Assembly (NCBI GenBank): GCA_963601185.1 | Contig: CAVCEE010000012.1 | Coordinates: forward strand, 8,436 to 72,435 | DNA length: 64,000 nucleotides | DNA from: a bacterium | Lineage (GTDB): Bacteria > Bacteroidota > Bacteroidia > Bacteroidales > Muribaculaceae | Direction: 5' to 3' | Part shown: in pieces, positions 27,076-36,031 of the stretch | How the letters are laid out: the number at the start of each line of letters is the position of its first letter | How positions within the stretch are numbered: the stretch's first letter is position 1 | Notes under the pieces: model-generated | Seen by the model: the letters and a program-made list of their open reading frames with translations, nothing else | Told to the model about the DNA's origin: nothing | Databases searched by the model: none | Made by a program: the position numbers and the translations under genes

Positions 27076-27306
27076 TTATTGCTCTCTTCTAAATGTATAG
27101 TCGATACCTTTGTATTGGCGATAGCCTCTGAAAATGCCGTAGACGATAAACACAATCCCGAGTGTGAGCGACACATAGCGAGGCACGTCGAAAAAGTTGG
27201 CGAGCATCAGATAACCCATACCGAAATAGATGATTATCATAATTATTCCAAACACGGCACGCATAATTTTGCTTGCCGACAGCCGCTTTCTTTCAGGGTT
27301 GTTCAT
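27076..27306 (-). CDS. small membrane protein (two predicted TM helices)
   Basis: 76 aa. Hydrophobic segments AVFGIIMIIIYFGMGYLMLANFF and VSLTLGIVFIVYGIF. It lies 3 nt upstream of the PstS-like gene. Confidence 0.55.
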   Translation of the reverse strand: MNNPERKRLSASKIMRAVFGIIMIIIYFGMGYLMLANFFDVPRYVSLTLGIVFIVYGIFRGYRQYKGIDYTFRREQ

Positions 27307-27436
27307 ATCAGTTGCTTCTTAATCTTTACTTTCAATAAGTAAAGGTAAATAAAAAATTCAATTTATAAGCCTATACCACGACCTTTTTTAAATTCTTAAC
27401 CATTACTGCATAAATTCACGAAAATGTGCAAACGAA

Positions 27437-27464
27437 AAAGCCCACGACTCACGTCGCAGGCTTT
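27437..27464 (-). terminator. stem-loop terminator after tRNA-Thr
   Basis: On the minus strand, aaagcctgcgacgtgagtcgtgggcttt is followed by ttcgttt. Confidence 0.55.
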
Positions 27465-27486
27465 ATACTAACCTCAAATTTCATAG

Positions 27487-27559
27487 AGCCTGAAAAGGGA
27501 CTCGAACCCTTGACCTTTTCGTTACGAATGAAATGCTCTACCGACTGAGCTATTCAGGC
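27487..27559 (-). tRNA. tRNA-Thr (anticodon CGT)
   Basis: The reverse complement is gcctgaatagctcagtcggtagagcatttcattcgtaacgaaaaggtcaagggttcgagtcccttttcaggct. Acceptor gcctgaa/ttcaggc; anticodon loop ttCGTaa; T-loop ggttcgagtcc. Confidence 0.85.
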
Positions 27560-27569
27560 TTGGTTTATG

Positions 27570-27577
27570 CAAAGGTA
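27570..27577 (-). promoter_or_regulatory. -7 promoter box TACCTTTG (tRNA-Thr)
   Basis: The reverse complement of caaaggta, 11 nt upstream of the tRNA 5' end. Confidence 0.45.
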
Positions 27578-27599
27578 GTGCTTTTTTTGCACTTGCCAA

Positions 27600-29006
27600 T
27601 TATTCTGAGTAACTTTTTTTGCTGAATGTGGTTACCAGTTGCGCTTTGCCGAGTTTCACCATCGCCGGAATCGACAACTGAGGCGTCATTTCTGTCAGAG
27701 TCGATGTAGTGCCGGAGTAGTACGACGTAGAGGTGGTGAAAGTGGCGTCGACCGGAATCAGATAGAAACTTTCCAGTGTGGTCTGGTCTTCCGATGCATA
27801 TTCGCCGTCGATTACACCTTTGAGGTAGGCGCGCATACCGCTGAAAGTGTAGCATTTGTCGGTCGAGTCGTAGGACGCGTAGAACGAGGTCTTGCTGTCA
27901 GGCAACTTGTTGTCCGTGAAGAAATCGTCCTTTTTGGTGGCTTTCACCAACAGAAGGTACGTCGGCGGCTCGATGTCGAACGAGTTGCTTATCTCTTCCA
28001 CAGGGATGGTCATTGAGATGGTGTTGAGCACCGTCTGACCCTTCTTCTCGTTTTCCTTATATTTGTTCAGGAGTTCGGTGATGGGCAGCGTAATCTTCGC
28101 ATTATAGCCGGCAGGGGCAACAATGACAGGATCGCCAGCGTCGATCATCGACTTGATATTCTCCGACGGAGTGTAGGAGATGTTGTTGTTGGTGACCACT
28201 TCAGGCGCAACGCCAAGATAGTTGGCTGTCTGCGTGTAGATTGTGTCGCTGCCGTCGCTCTTCGTGCTGTGCTTACGGTAGTGGGTGCGAATCATCGTGG
28301 AACTTACCTTAGCCACGCGACCGTTGCCGTAACTTGTGGTTGCGTAGATGCCGGGGAAATATTTGGCAAACGCCTCCGGGTCCTTCAGTGTCTCAGGGTT
28401 GTCCTTATAAAGTTGGTACAAACCTTGTCCAATGGAGTTTGGCATTGTTACGGAAACGAGGTAATAGTAGTTGTAAGAACTTGTATTGGAATCGTACTCC
28501 TTATACATCACGCTGTCCTGATTGGTCGTGGTCATCGCATACGCGCGTGAGCCGAGCAGGTCAGACTCATTGTAGTAATCCTTTGGATCGAAGTCGCTCG
28601 TGATAGGATAGGGGAGATTCTTGTTCAACTTGTAGATGTTCACCTTCATAGGCGTGATTGAGTCGCCAACGAACGAGCCCACGGGAATGCGGAGCAACAG
28701 ACGTGTGGAGTCGATGTCGGAGATGCTCACTCCGGTGGTGTCGATTTTGCTTGCCGGCATAAATTCGGTCACGAAATCCGATTTCAGTGTGCCGTATCCT
28801 TTTGCGCTGATTGCACCGAGCAGATGCGTCAAGGTGCGTGGCGGAACTTTGTCGTTGATTTCCGGTGAGCAGACGATGTAGGTTGTGTCGCTGATTACTT
28901 CCGACTCAGAGTCGATAATCGACATACCTATATTGTTTTCGTCGCATGATGTGGCCACAAAAAGCACCGCTAATGTGGCAACTACCCAATTGGTTAGTTT
29001 GAACAT
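27600..29006 (-). CDS. DUF4270 family lipoprotein
   Basis: The likely start is the internal ATG at 29006 (MFKLTNWVVATLAVLFVATSCDEN, lipobox). That start removes the overlap with the upstream gene. Family and synteny with the short glycogen-synthase-like gene are recalled from Bacteroides genomes. Confidence 0.65.
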   Translation of the reverse strand: MFKLTNWVVATLAVLFVATSCDENNIGMSIIDSESEVISDTTYIVCSPEINDKVPPRTLTHLLGAISAKGYGTLKSDFVTEFMPASKIDTTGVSISDIDSTRLLLRIPVGSFVGDSITPMKVNIYKLNKNLPYPITSDFDPKDYYNESDLLGSRAYAMTTTNQDSVMYKEYDSNTSSYNYYYLVSVTMPNSIGQGLYQLYKDNPETLKDPEAFAKYFPGIYATTSYGNGRVAKVSSTMIRTHYRKHSTKSDGSDTIYTQTANYLGVAPEVVTNNNISYTPSENIKSMIDAGDPVIVAPAGYNAKITLPITELLNKYKENEKKGQTVLNTISMTIPVEEISNSFDIEPPTYLLLVKATKKDDFFTDNKLPDSKTSFYASYDSTDKCYTFSGMRAYLKGVIDGEYASEDQTTLESFYLIPVDATFTTSTSYYSGTTSTLTEMTPQLSIPAMVKLGKAQLVTTFSKKSYSE

Positions 29007-29017
29007 TGATTGTAGAA

Positions 29018-29821
29018 TTATAATGTACTGTAGAATTCGGCGTACTTGTCTACGTCGAAACTGCCCTCGTAGGGCAAACAAGGGATGTTGTTTTCTTTGA
29101 TAAAGTCGAGCAACTCAGGCGCAACGGTCTCGGTGTGGATAATCACGCCATCGGAATGGGCGAGAGCCAACTTGGCAAGCGCAACGAAGTCAATCGGCTT
29201 GCCGGCTACCGACTTCAAATCGTCGTCGGTAAACCCTTCCATACGCAGTTTTTCCTCAAAACGAGGGTCGAGGCTGCCGTTGAACGAAGAGCCGTAGAGC
29301 GAATAAACCACTTTGGAGTCGCGGAACGACGGGTCGTCGGCATAAACTTTCTTGATATAGAGAGGGGTAAGGGCTGAAAGCCATCCCTGGCAGTGCACGA
29401 TGTTTGCCTCCCAGCGGAGTTTCTTTACGGTCTCTATTGTGCCGCGCACAAAGAAGATGCACCGCTCGTCGTTGCTTTCCGGCATTTCTTCCGTTTCGAG
29501 ACCCTTGCTTGCATTGCGCTGAAAATAGTCCTCGTTGTAGATGAAATAGACCTGCATACGCGACGGCTGGAGAGTCGCCACTTTTATGATCAGCGGATGG
29601 TCGGTGTCGTCAATGATGAGGTTCATGCCCGACAGACGGATAACTTCATGAAGTTGGTTGCGACGCTCGTTGATGCAGCCGTATTTTGGCATAAACGTGC
29701 GCACTTCATAGCCTCGTTCCTGAATGCCCTTCGGCAACTCAAGTCCGGCCTTTGAAATTTCCGATTCCGGGAGATATGGCATAATCTCCTGATTGACAAA
29801 CAATACCTTACCTTTACTCAT
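29018..29821 (-). CDS. glycogen/starch synthase-like protein, half-length (N-terminal GT5 Rossmann half only)
   Basis: 267 aa. KVLFVNQEIMPYLPESEISKAG...VRTFMPKYGCINERRNQLHEV resembles a GlgA N-domain. There is no C-terminal GT-B half. Confidence 0.65.
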   Translation of the reverse strand: MSKGKVLFVNQEIMPYLPESEISKAGLELPKGIQERGYEVRTFMPKYGCINERRNQLHEVIRLSGMNLIIDDTDHPLIIKVATLQPSRMQVYFIYNEDYFQRNASKGLETEEMPESNDERCIFFVRGTIETVKKLRWEANIVHCQGWLSALTPLYIKKVYADDPSFRDSKVVYSLYGSSFNGSLDPRFEEKLRMEGFTDDDLKSVAGKPIDFVALAKLALAHSDGVIIHTETVAPELLDFIKENNIPCLPYEGSFDVDKYAEFYSTL

Positions 29822-29843
29822 AGTATTCTCTAAATTAATATTG

Positions 29844-29851
29844 CAAAGATA
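29844..29851 (-). promoter_or_regulatory. -7 promoter box TATCTTTG (glycogen-synthase-like operon)
   Basis: The reverse complement of caaagata, 23 nt upstream of the ATG. Confidence 0.5.
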
Positions 29852-30052
29852 ATAAAAAATCTTCTAATGTGAAATCTTTTGGCTTACGAAGAGCGGCAAT
29901 CGTAATCAAAAGGCTTTGGAAAACGATGAAATCCTAAATTTTTCCGACTTTTCAACGGCGCTGTGAAAGTGAGGACGAATGAAAAATGATGGCGTTCTGT
30001 TTCGCTATGTTATAAATATTTATTTCCTTTGCAAGGCTTAAAATGAAACAAT

Positions 30053-30901
30053 ATGAAAGTTGTTAAGACTATTTCGGAGTTAAAGTCTTTGGTAAAAGGC
30101 TTTAAGCAAGACAATAAAGTTGTCGGACTCGTGCCTACGATGGGTGCTTTGCACGCCGGTCACAAGTCGCTTGTCGACCGTGCCCGTGCAGAGAATGACA
30201 TTGTAGTGGTAAGCGTGTTTGTCAACCCTACACAATTCAATAACAAACAGGACCTTGCAACCTATCCGCGCACCGAGGAGCGCGACTGTGCACTGCTTGA
30301 AGCCGCCGGCTGCGACGTGGTGTTTATGCCGTCGGTCGAGGAGGTATATCCAGAGCCCGACAACCGCCAGTTTGACCTTGGCGCGGTGGCTGAAGTGATG
30401 GAGGGTGCTCACCGCCCGGGACACTTCAACGGCGTTGCCCAGATTGTGAGCAAACTGTTTGCGTTTGTAGAGCCCGACCATGCATATTTCGGAGAGAAGG
30501 ACTTCCAACAGATTGCCGTAATCCGCAAGATGGTGGAACTCGAAGGCTTCAAACTCCAGATTGTGGCTTGTCCTATCAAACGTGAGGACGACGGCTTGGC
30601 TCTGAGCAGCCGTAACGTTCGTCTGACTCCCGAACAGCGACAATTAGCACCGAATATATATCGTATTCTAAAGGAAAGTTGTACCTTTGCACAGTCGCAC
30701 ACCGTGGCTGAAACAGAAAAATTCGTGGTTGACAGTCTTAATGCCCTGCCTCAGATGGAGGTGGAGTATTATTCTATTGTGAATGCCCTGACAATGCAAC
30801 CTGTCAGCGATTGGGCAGACGCAAGCGAGATCACTGGCTGTATCACAGTCTATTGCGGTGAAGTGCGCCTGATTGACAACATCGCCTACAAAAAGGCTTA
30901 A
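30053..30901 (+). CDS. panC: pantoate--beta-alanine ligase
   Basis: 282 aa. [15 protein letters not shown] (HIGH-like motif) and FGEKDFQQ. Confidence 0.9.
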   Translation: MKVVKTISELKSLVKGFKQDNKVVGLVPTMGALHAGHKSLVDRARAENDIVVVSVFVNPTQFNNKQDLATYPRTEERDCALLEAAGCDVVFMPSVEEVYPEPDNRQFDLGAVAEVMEGAHRPGHFNGVAQIVSKLFAFVEPDHAYFGEKDFQQIAVIRKMVELEGFKLQIVACPIKREDDGLALSSRNVRLTPEQRQLAPNIYRILKESCTFAQSHTVAETEKFVVDSLNALPQMEVEYYSIVNALTMQPVSDWADASEITGCITVYCGEVRLIDNIAYKKA

Positions 30902-30921
30902 AAAGACTACACTGAAGAGAA

Positions 30922-31269
30922 ATGCAGATTGAAGTACTGAAGTCGAAGATTCACCGCGCTACGGTGACAAGTGCCGACTTGAACTACATCGGCAGCATCA
31001 CCATCGACGAGGATTTGATGGATGCCGCCGGTATCATTGCCAACGAAAGGGTTTACATTGTTGACAACAACAATGGCGAACGCATCGACACCTATGCCAT
31101 CCCCGGTGAGCGCGGCTCAGGCGCCATTTGCCTCAATGGGGCTGCTGCACGCAGGGTCTATGTCGGCGATGTGGTGATTATTATGGCCTATGCCCACATG
31201 GATGCGGAGGAAGCGAAGACTTTCAAGCCGAAGGTGGTTTTCCCTCAGCCATTGACCAATAAACTGTAA
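30922..31269 (+). CDS. panD: aspartate 1-decarboxylase
   Basis: 115 aa. [23 protein letters not shown] contains the G-S self-processing site. Confidence 0.9.
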   Translation: MQIEVLKSKIHRATVTSADLNYIGSITIDEDLMDAAGIIANERVYIVDNNNGERIDTYAIPGERGSGAICLNGAAARRVYVGDVVIIMAYAHMDAEEAKTFKPKVVFPQPLTNKL

Positions 31270-31296
31270 TATAAACGAATAAGATAAGTACTATAT

Positions 31297-32622
31297 ATGT
31301 TTGAAAATTTAAGCGAAAGACTGGAACGGTCGTTTAAACTGCTGAAAGGCCAAGGTAAGATCACGGAAATCAACGTGGCGGAAACGCTGAAGGACGTGCG
31401 CCGTGCTTTGCTCGATGCCGATGTCAACTATAGCGTGGCAAAGCAGTTCACCGATACAGTCAAGGCGAAGGCTCTCGGTCAGAACGTGATAACGGCTGTC
31501 AAGCCGAGCGAGTTGATGGTGAAGATTGTCCACGACGAACTTGCGCTTTTGATGGGCGGTATGGCTGCCGACGTCAATCTGTCGGGCAATCCTACAGTGA
31601 TTTTGATGTCGGGTCTGCAAGGTTCTGGTAAGACTACCTTCTCCGGCAAACTTGCGAAGAAATACAAGAGCGAAAAGGGCAAGCGTCCGTTGCTCGTGGC
31701 CTGCGACGTTTACCGTCCTGCCGCAATCGAGCAGTTGAAGGTGCTCGGCGAGCAGATAAATGTGCCTGTCTACACTGAGCCCGATTCGAAAAATCCTGTC
31801 GAAATCGCTCAAAACGCCATCAAGCACGCCAAGGCAAGCAACCTTGACCTTGTGATTGTCGATACTGCCGGACGTCTGGCTGTCGACGAGCAGATGATGG
31901 ATGAGATTGAGGCTGTCAAGAAAGCCATCAAGCCGCAGGAAACTCTCTTTGTTGTTGACTCGATGACTGGTCAGGATGCAGTTAACACCGCCAAGGAGTT
32001 CAACCAGCGTCTGGATTTCGACGGCGTAGTCCTCACCAAACTCGACGGTGACACCCGTGGCGGTGCTGCCCTTTCAATCCGCACTGTCGTTGACAAGCCT
32101 ATCAAGTTTGTCGGTACAGGCGAGAAACTTGAGGCTATCGACGTGTTCCATCCGGCTCGTATGGCTGACCGTATCCTCGGTATGGGTGACATCGTGTCTC
32201 TCGTTGAACGTGCTCAGCAGCAGTACGACGAGGAGGAAGCGCGCCGCTTGCAGAAGAAGATTGCCAAGAACCAGTTTGACTTCAACGACTTTATGGCTCA
32301 GATTGCCCAAATCAAGAAGATGGGTAACCTGAAGGATTTGGCATCGATGATTCCTGGAGTCGGTAAGGCCATCAAGGATATCGACATCGACGACAATGCA
32401 TTCAAGGGTATCGAGGCTATAATCCAGTCTATGACTCCCTACGAGCGCCGCAATCCTGAAATCATCAACGGTAGCCGCCGTCAGCGCATCGCCGCAGGTA
32501 GCGGTACGACGCTGCAGGAGGTTAACCGCTTGCTCAAGCAGTTTGAAAGCACTCGCAAGATGATGAAGATGGCAACTTCGATGAAGTCGCTCAATATGAT
32601 GCGCAAGATGCGCCGTCATTAG
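31297..32622 (+). CDS. ffh: signal recognition particle protein
   Basis: 441 aa. NG domain GLQGSGKTT and DTAGR. Met-rich M domain at the C-terminus. Confidence 0.9.
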   Translation: MFENLSERLERSFKLLKGQGKITEINVAETLKDVRRALLDADVNYSVAKQFTDTVKAKALGQNVITAVKPSELMVKIVHDELALLMGGMAADVNLSGNPTVILMSGLQGSGKTTFSGKLAKKYKSEKGKRPLLVACDVYRPAAIEQLKVLGEQINVPVYTEPDSKNPVEIAQNAIKHAKASNLDLVIVDTAGRLAVDEQMMDEIEAVKKAIKPQETLFVVDSMTGQDAVNTAKEFNQRLDFDGVVLTKLDGDTRGGAALSIRTVVDKPIKFVGTGEKLEAIDVFHPARMADRILGMGDIVSLVERAQQQYDEEEARRLQKKIAKNQFDFNDFMAQIAQIKKMGNLKDLASMIPGVGKAIKDIDIDDNAFKGIEAIIQSMTPYERRNPEIINGSRRQRIAAGSGTTLQEVNRLLKQFESTRKMMKMATSMKSLNMMRKMRRH

Positions 32623-32651
32623 TAGACAAACATAACAAACATACAAGCGCA

Positions 32652-34037
32652 ATGGCACGAGTCAGTATATCTCTTAGAAAACTGATGGCGGCGATTGCGC
32701 TTCTTTTTGTGTCGTGCTTGAATCTGTCGGCGGCAGAAACCGTGTTTGTCGACTCGATTTCCGTGTCGAAAGTCTATCCCGGCACGAAGCACACCTATTC
32801 CGTTTGCCTTTCCAGTCAAACGTCTGGAGAGGTGGGGTTGATGCTTTGCTTCGACGGCGATGTGTTTGCCGCACGGTCGGTGGTCGATAGCCTTGTGGAG
32901 AACCTCAGGATGCCGCCGGTGGCAATGGTGTTTCTCAATCCCGGGGTGGTGGCTGACGACAGCGGAAGGGTGTTGCGCTATAACCGTAGCAATGAGTTTG
33001 ACGCAATAGACGGCAGAATGGCTGAATTTATTGAGACGGAACTCCTCCCGAAGGTTACGGAGAGGCTTGCCCGAGATGGCATCGCAATTTCTGCATCGCC
33101 AGATATGCACGCGGTGATGGGTGCAAGCAGCGGCGGAATTGCTGCATTCACTTTGGCGTGGCAGCGACCCGACCTTTTCCGTAGGGTGTACTGCAGCGTA
33201 GGCACATTCGTGGCAATGCGCGGCGGCGACGGCTATCCGGCATTGGTGCGCAAGACCGAGCCTCGCCCGTTGCGGATATTTCTCCACGACGGTAGCAAGG
33301 ATGCTTGGAATCCGTTGTTCGGACATTGGTTTGAGTACAATCAGTTGATGCTGTCGGCGCTCGAATTTGCCGGCTATCAGGTGGCGCACAAGTGGGACGA
33401 TGGCGGCCATTCCATCATTGGTGGCATCCGTGAATTCCCAGAGGCTATGTCGTGGCTGTGGAGCGATTGGCAGACACCATTGAAGGCTGGTTCGTCGGGC
33501 AACGATATGCTCCAGTCGCTGCTTGTCGATGGCGAGGAGTGGACGGTGGCGACCGAAAAGGTAGAATTCCCTGAACACAATATACTGAAAGCATACGCTG
33601 GCAGGACGTACCGAGTAGCGAAGAACTGCTCGTTGGCGATAAGTCCCGACAACAAGACCGTAGTAGAGTCCGAGCCAGGCTCTGACTGGCTTGTGGCAAG
33701 CATTGTGGACGGGCGCGGTTCGCTCACTTGCCGTCAGCGGTTTTATTGGCTGCACAACGTGGCGCACACCGCCGATACGACAGTGCGGCAAATGGCATTC
33801 GATGCCGGCGGCAATTTGTTTGTCGCAACTAATATGGGGGTGCAGGTCTGCGACCAAAACGGCAGGGTGCGCGCCATTTTACCGATGCCTAAGGGCAGGG
33901 CGGCGGAGCGACTGATGCTTAAAGCAGACTGCCTGTATGTGGAGAGCGGAGGCGTGGTCTATATGCGCCGTCTGCGCACTACTGGCTATCTTCCGTCGAT
34001 GCCTCCTTTCGTCCCCAAATCGCAGGGACAGGGATAA
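32652..34037 (+). CDS. exported esterase-family (alpha/beta hydrolase) protein with a C-terminal beta-propeller-like extension
   Basis: 461 aa. Signal peptide, a putative-esterase pattern (NRSNEFD...GASSGGIAAF nucleophile elbow...LHDGSKD), then about 170 aa resembling an SMP-30/gluconolactonase-type repeat. Confidence 0.6.
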   Translation: MARVSISLRKLMAAIALLFVSCLNLSAAETVFVDSISVSKVYPGTKHTYSVCLSSQTSGEVGLMLCFDGDVFAARSVVDSLVENLRMPPVAMVFLNPGVVADDSGRVLRYNRSNEFDAIDGRMAEFIETELLPKVTERLARDGIAISASPDMHAVMGASSGGIAAFTLAWQRPDLFRRVYCSVGTFVAMRGGDGYPALVRKTEPRPLRIFLHDGSKDAWNPLFGHWFEYNQLMLSALEFAGYQVAHKWDDGGHSIIGGIREFPEAMSWLWSDWQTPLKAGSSGNDMLQSLLVDGEEWTVATEKVEFPEHNILKAYAGRTYRVAKNCSLAISPDNKTVVESEPGSDWLVASIVDGRGSLTCRQRFYWLHNVAHTADTTVRQMAFDAGGNLFVATNMGVQVCDQNGRVRAILPMPKGRAAERLMLKADCLYVESGGVVYMRRLRTTGYLPSMPPFVPKSQGQG

Positions 34038-34206
34038 TCTGAATTTCTGAGAACTTCTTTTGACCCTGATTCGAAAAATTTTTCGGGTGGAGCATTGTGC
34101 CGTAACCAACACTGGGATAAAGTATTTGCTACCGGATTAGCCGAAGTTGTACCTATTTGCTTTGAAAAAACGTGAAAGTTTTGCTAATTGTTTGAAATAA
34201 TCTTTA

Positions 34207-34214
34207 TATCTTTG
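34207..34214 (+). promoter_or_regulatory. -7 promoter box TATCTTTG (amt)
   Basis: TAnnTTTG match about 48 nt upstream of the ATG at 34262. Confidence 0.5.
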
Positions 34215-34261
34215 CAAAAAGATTTATAAAAGGTTTGTTTAATAGCAAAAGGAAACAGTTT

Positions 34262-35635
34262 ATGAAAAAACGTTGGTATTTGTTTATGGCAGTGGTTTTG
34301 CTTGTCGGTCTGTTGGGAGTTGTCCTCCCGGAAGGCACTGGGGAATGGGCTTTGCCTGCAAGCGTAAATACTGCTGATGTTGCGTGGATGATAACCGCAA
34401 CAATCTTCGTGTTGATGATGACTCCGGGTTTGTCATTCTTCTACGGCGGTATGGTTGGAAAGAAAAATGTGATTTCGACCATTTTGCAAAGTTTCATCGC
34501 TATGGGTGTGATAAGTGTATTGTGGGTCGTTGTCGGATTCAGTCTCGCATTCGGTGATGATTTGGGCGGCGTACTCGGTAATCCTGCCACGTTCTTTATG
34601 TTTAAGGGAGTAGGCGCAAATGTAGATGCCTATTTGGCACCGACAATACCGTTGGCGTTGTATGCGCTCTTCCAAATGAAGTTCGCCATCATCACTCCGT
34701 CATTGATTACAGGTTCTTTTGCAGAGCGTATGCGTTTCTCTGCATATATAGTGTTCATTGTGCTGTTCTGCCTGTTGGTTTATTGTCCGTTGGCTCACTG
34801 CACATGGCATCCCGACGGATTGTTCCGTCAGATGGGCGTTGTTGACTTTGCCGGTGGTATCGTGGTTCACGCATCTTCGGGTGTCGCAGCGTTGGCTGGC
34901 GCAATCTATCTCGGTCGCCGTTCAAAGGTAAACCGTAGCGAGTCGCCTGCCAATATTCCATTCGTAATCCTCGGCGCTGCAATGTTGTGGCTCGGTTGGT
35001 TCGGTTTCAACGCCGGTTCTTCGCTTGCTGCCGACGCGATTGCAGTGAAGGCATTCCTTAACACCAATACTGCTTGTGCGGTTGCTATGTTGGCGTGGCT
35101 GTTCTTCGACCGTCTGCAAGGTCGTAAGCCTTCGGGTATGGGCGCTGCCGTTGGAGCGGTTGTCGGACTTGTGGCAATCACGCCTTGCGCCGGTTATGTG
35201 ACGGTAGGACAGAGCCTGTTTATCTCAATCATCACAACGATTGTCTGCAACATTGCCGTACACTGGAAAAACAAGACACATATCGACGACGCTCTCGACG
35301 TGTTCCCTACCCACGGTGTGGGCGGTATCGTCGGCACAATCTTTACCGGCGTGTTTGTCGGCGGATTGGTCGTAGGCAACTGGCAAGTGTTTGGAGCACA
35401 CGTGCTCGCAGTTGTGGCAGTGTTTGTCTACTCGTTTGTGGTGAGCCTCGCGCTCTATTGGATTACCGACAAACTTATGACCCTGCGCGTATCGGTACGC
35501 AGCGAGAAAGTTGGTCTTGACATCAGTCAGCACGACGAGCAGTACAACTTCGCTGACAACGATGTGCTTGAGGTTGAAGAGGAACTGTCGGAAATCCGCA
35601 AACGCCTTGACGAGATAAGCAGTGACAAAAAATAG
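34262..35635 (+). CDS. amt: ammonium transporter
   Basis: About 457 aa from the first ATG (the ORF-track start at 34235 is TTG). Amt signatures DFAGGIVVHASSG and GFNAGS. 11-12 TM helices. Confidence 0.85.
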   Translation: MKKRWYLFMAVVLLVGLLGVVLPEGTGEWALPASVNTADVAWMITATIFVLMMTPGLSFFYGGMVGKKNVISTILQSFIAMGVISVLWVVVGFSLAFGDDLGGVLGNPATFFMFKGVGANVDAYLAPTIPLALYALFQMKFAIITPSLITGSFAERMRFSAYIVFIVLFCLLVYCPLAHCTWHPDGLFRQMGVVDFAGGIVVHASSGVAALAGAIYLGRRSKVNRSESPANIPFVILGAAMLWLGWFGFNAGSSLAADAIAVKAFLNTNTACAVAMLAWLFFDRLQGRKPSGMGAAVGAVVGLVAITPCAGYVTVGQSLFISIITTIVCNIAVHWKNKTHIDDALDVFPTHGVGGIVGTIFTGVFVGGLVVGNWQVFGAHVLAVVAVFVYSFVVSLALYWITDKLMTLRVSVRSEKVGLDISQHDEQYNFADNDVLEVEEELSEIRKRLDEISSDKK

Positions 35636-35656
35636 AAAATGGGTTTTTACAATAGT

Positions 35657-35703
35657 AGCGCATGCGCTTGGGCAGAGAGCTGCCGGCGCATGCGCTTTTT
35701 TTA
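35657..35703 (+). terminator. intrinsic terminator after amt
   Basis: agcgcatgcgc ... gcgcatgcgct forms an 11-bp stem, followed by a T7 run. Confidence 0.7.
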
Positions 35704-35716
35704 TTTGCTGGAGACC

Positions 35717-36031
35717 TTATTTGCGGTATTTGCGCTTGGGGTTCTTCGGAAACCAGCCTTTTTCCACGCGTTTGCGCTGCTCGAATATCTCGCCGATGCC
35801 CCAGAACGACGAGAAGCCAGTTACTCCGAGGATTACTGACCAGAACAGGTCGTCGACCCACCAGGCGAAGAATGCACAGACAATGCCCACCAGCAGAAAC
35901 AGCCACCAGATGCGCACGCCGAAATAGTATTCGCCTTTGATTACCAGCGGATGGAACGTGCCGATTACCAGAAATGTGCAAAGCCCGATTACGAGACCGG
36001 CAAGGTTGTATTGTTGGAGAAATTCTGTCAT
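35717..36031 (-). CDS. DUF4491 family small membrane protein
   Basis: 104 aa, three hydrophobic segments. The family is recalled from similar ~100-aa Bacteroidota proteins. Its start overlaps the upstream stop (ATGA). Confidence 0.55.
   Translation of the reverse strand: MTEFLQQYNLAGLVIGLCTFLVIGTFHPLVIKGEYYFGVRIWWLFLLVGIVCAFFAWWVDDLFWSVILGVTGFSSFWGIGEIFEQRKRVEKGWFPKNPKRKYRK

Noticed and set aside
16178-27559. tRNA genes (Val, Pro, Gln, Thr) as integration sites of a genomic island or prophage
   Set aside because: No integrase, excisionase or transposase is present. I could find no direct repeat of a tRNA 3' end in the same orientation. The flanking genes are housekeeping.
32619-33857. 412-aa minus-strand ORF opposite the esterase gene
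   Set aside because: Antisense shadow. It is R/H/C-rich and would also overlap the end of ffh.
35523-35981. Several 60-150-aa ORFs in both strands around the amt terminator and the DUF4491 gene
   Set aside because: They overlap better-supported genes or the terminator hairpin. Their R/P/C-rich translations are typical of out-of-frame reading.
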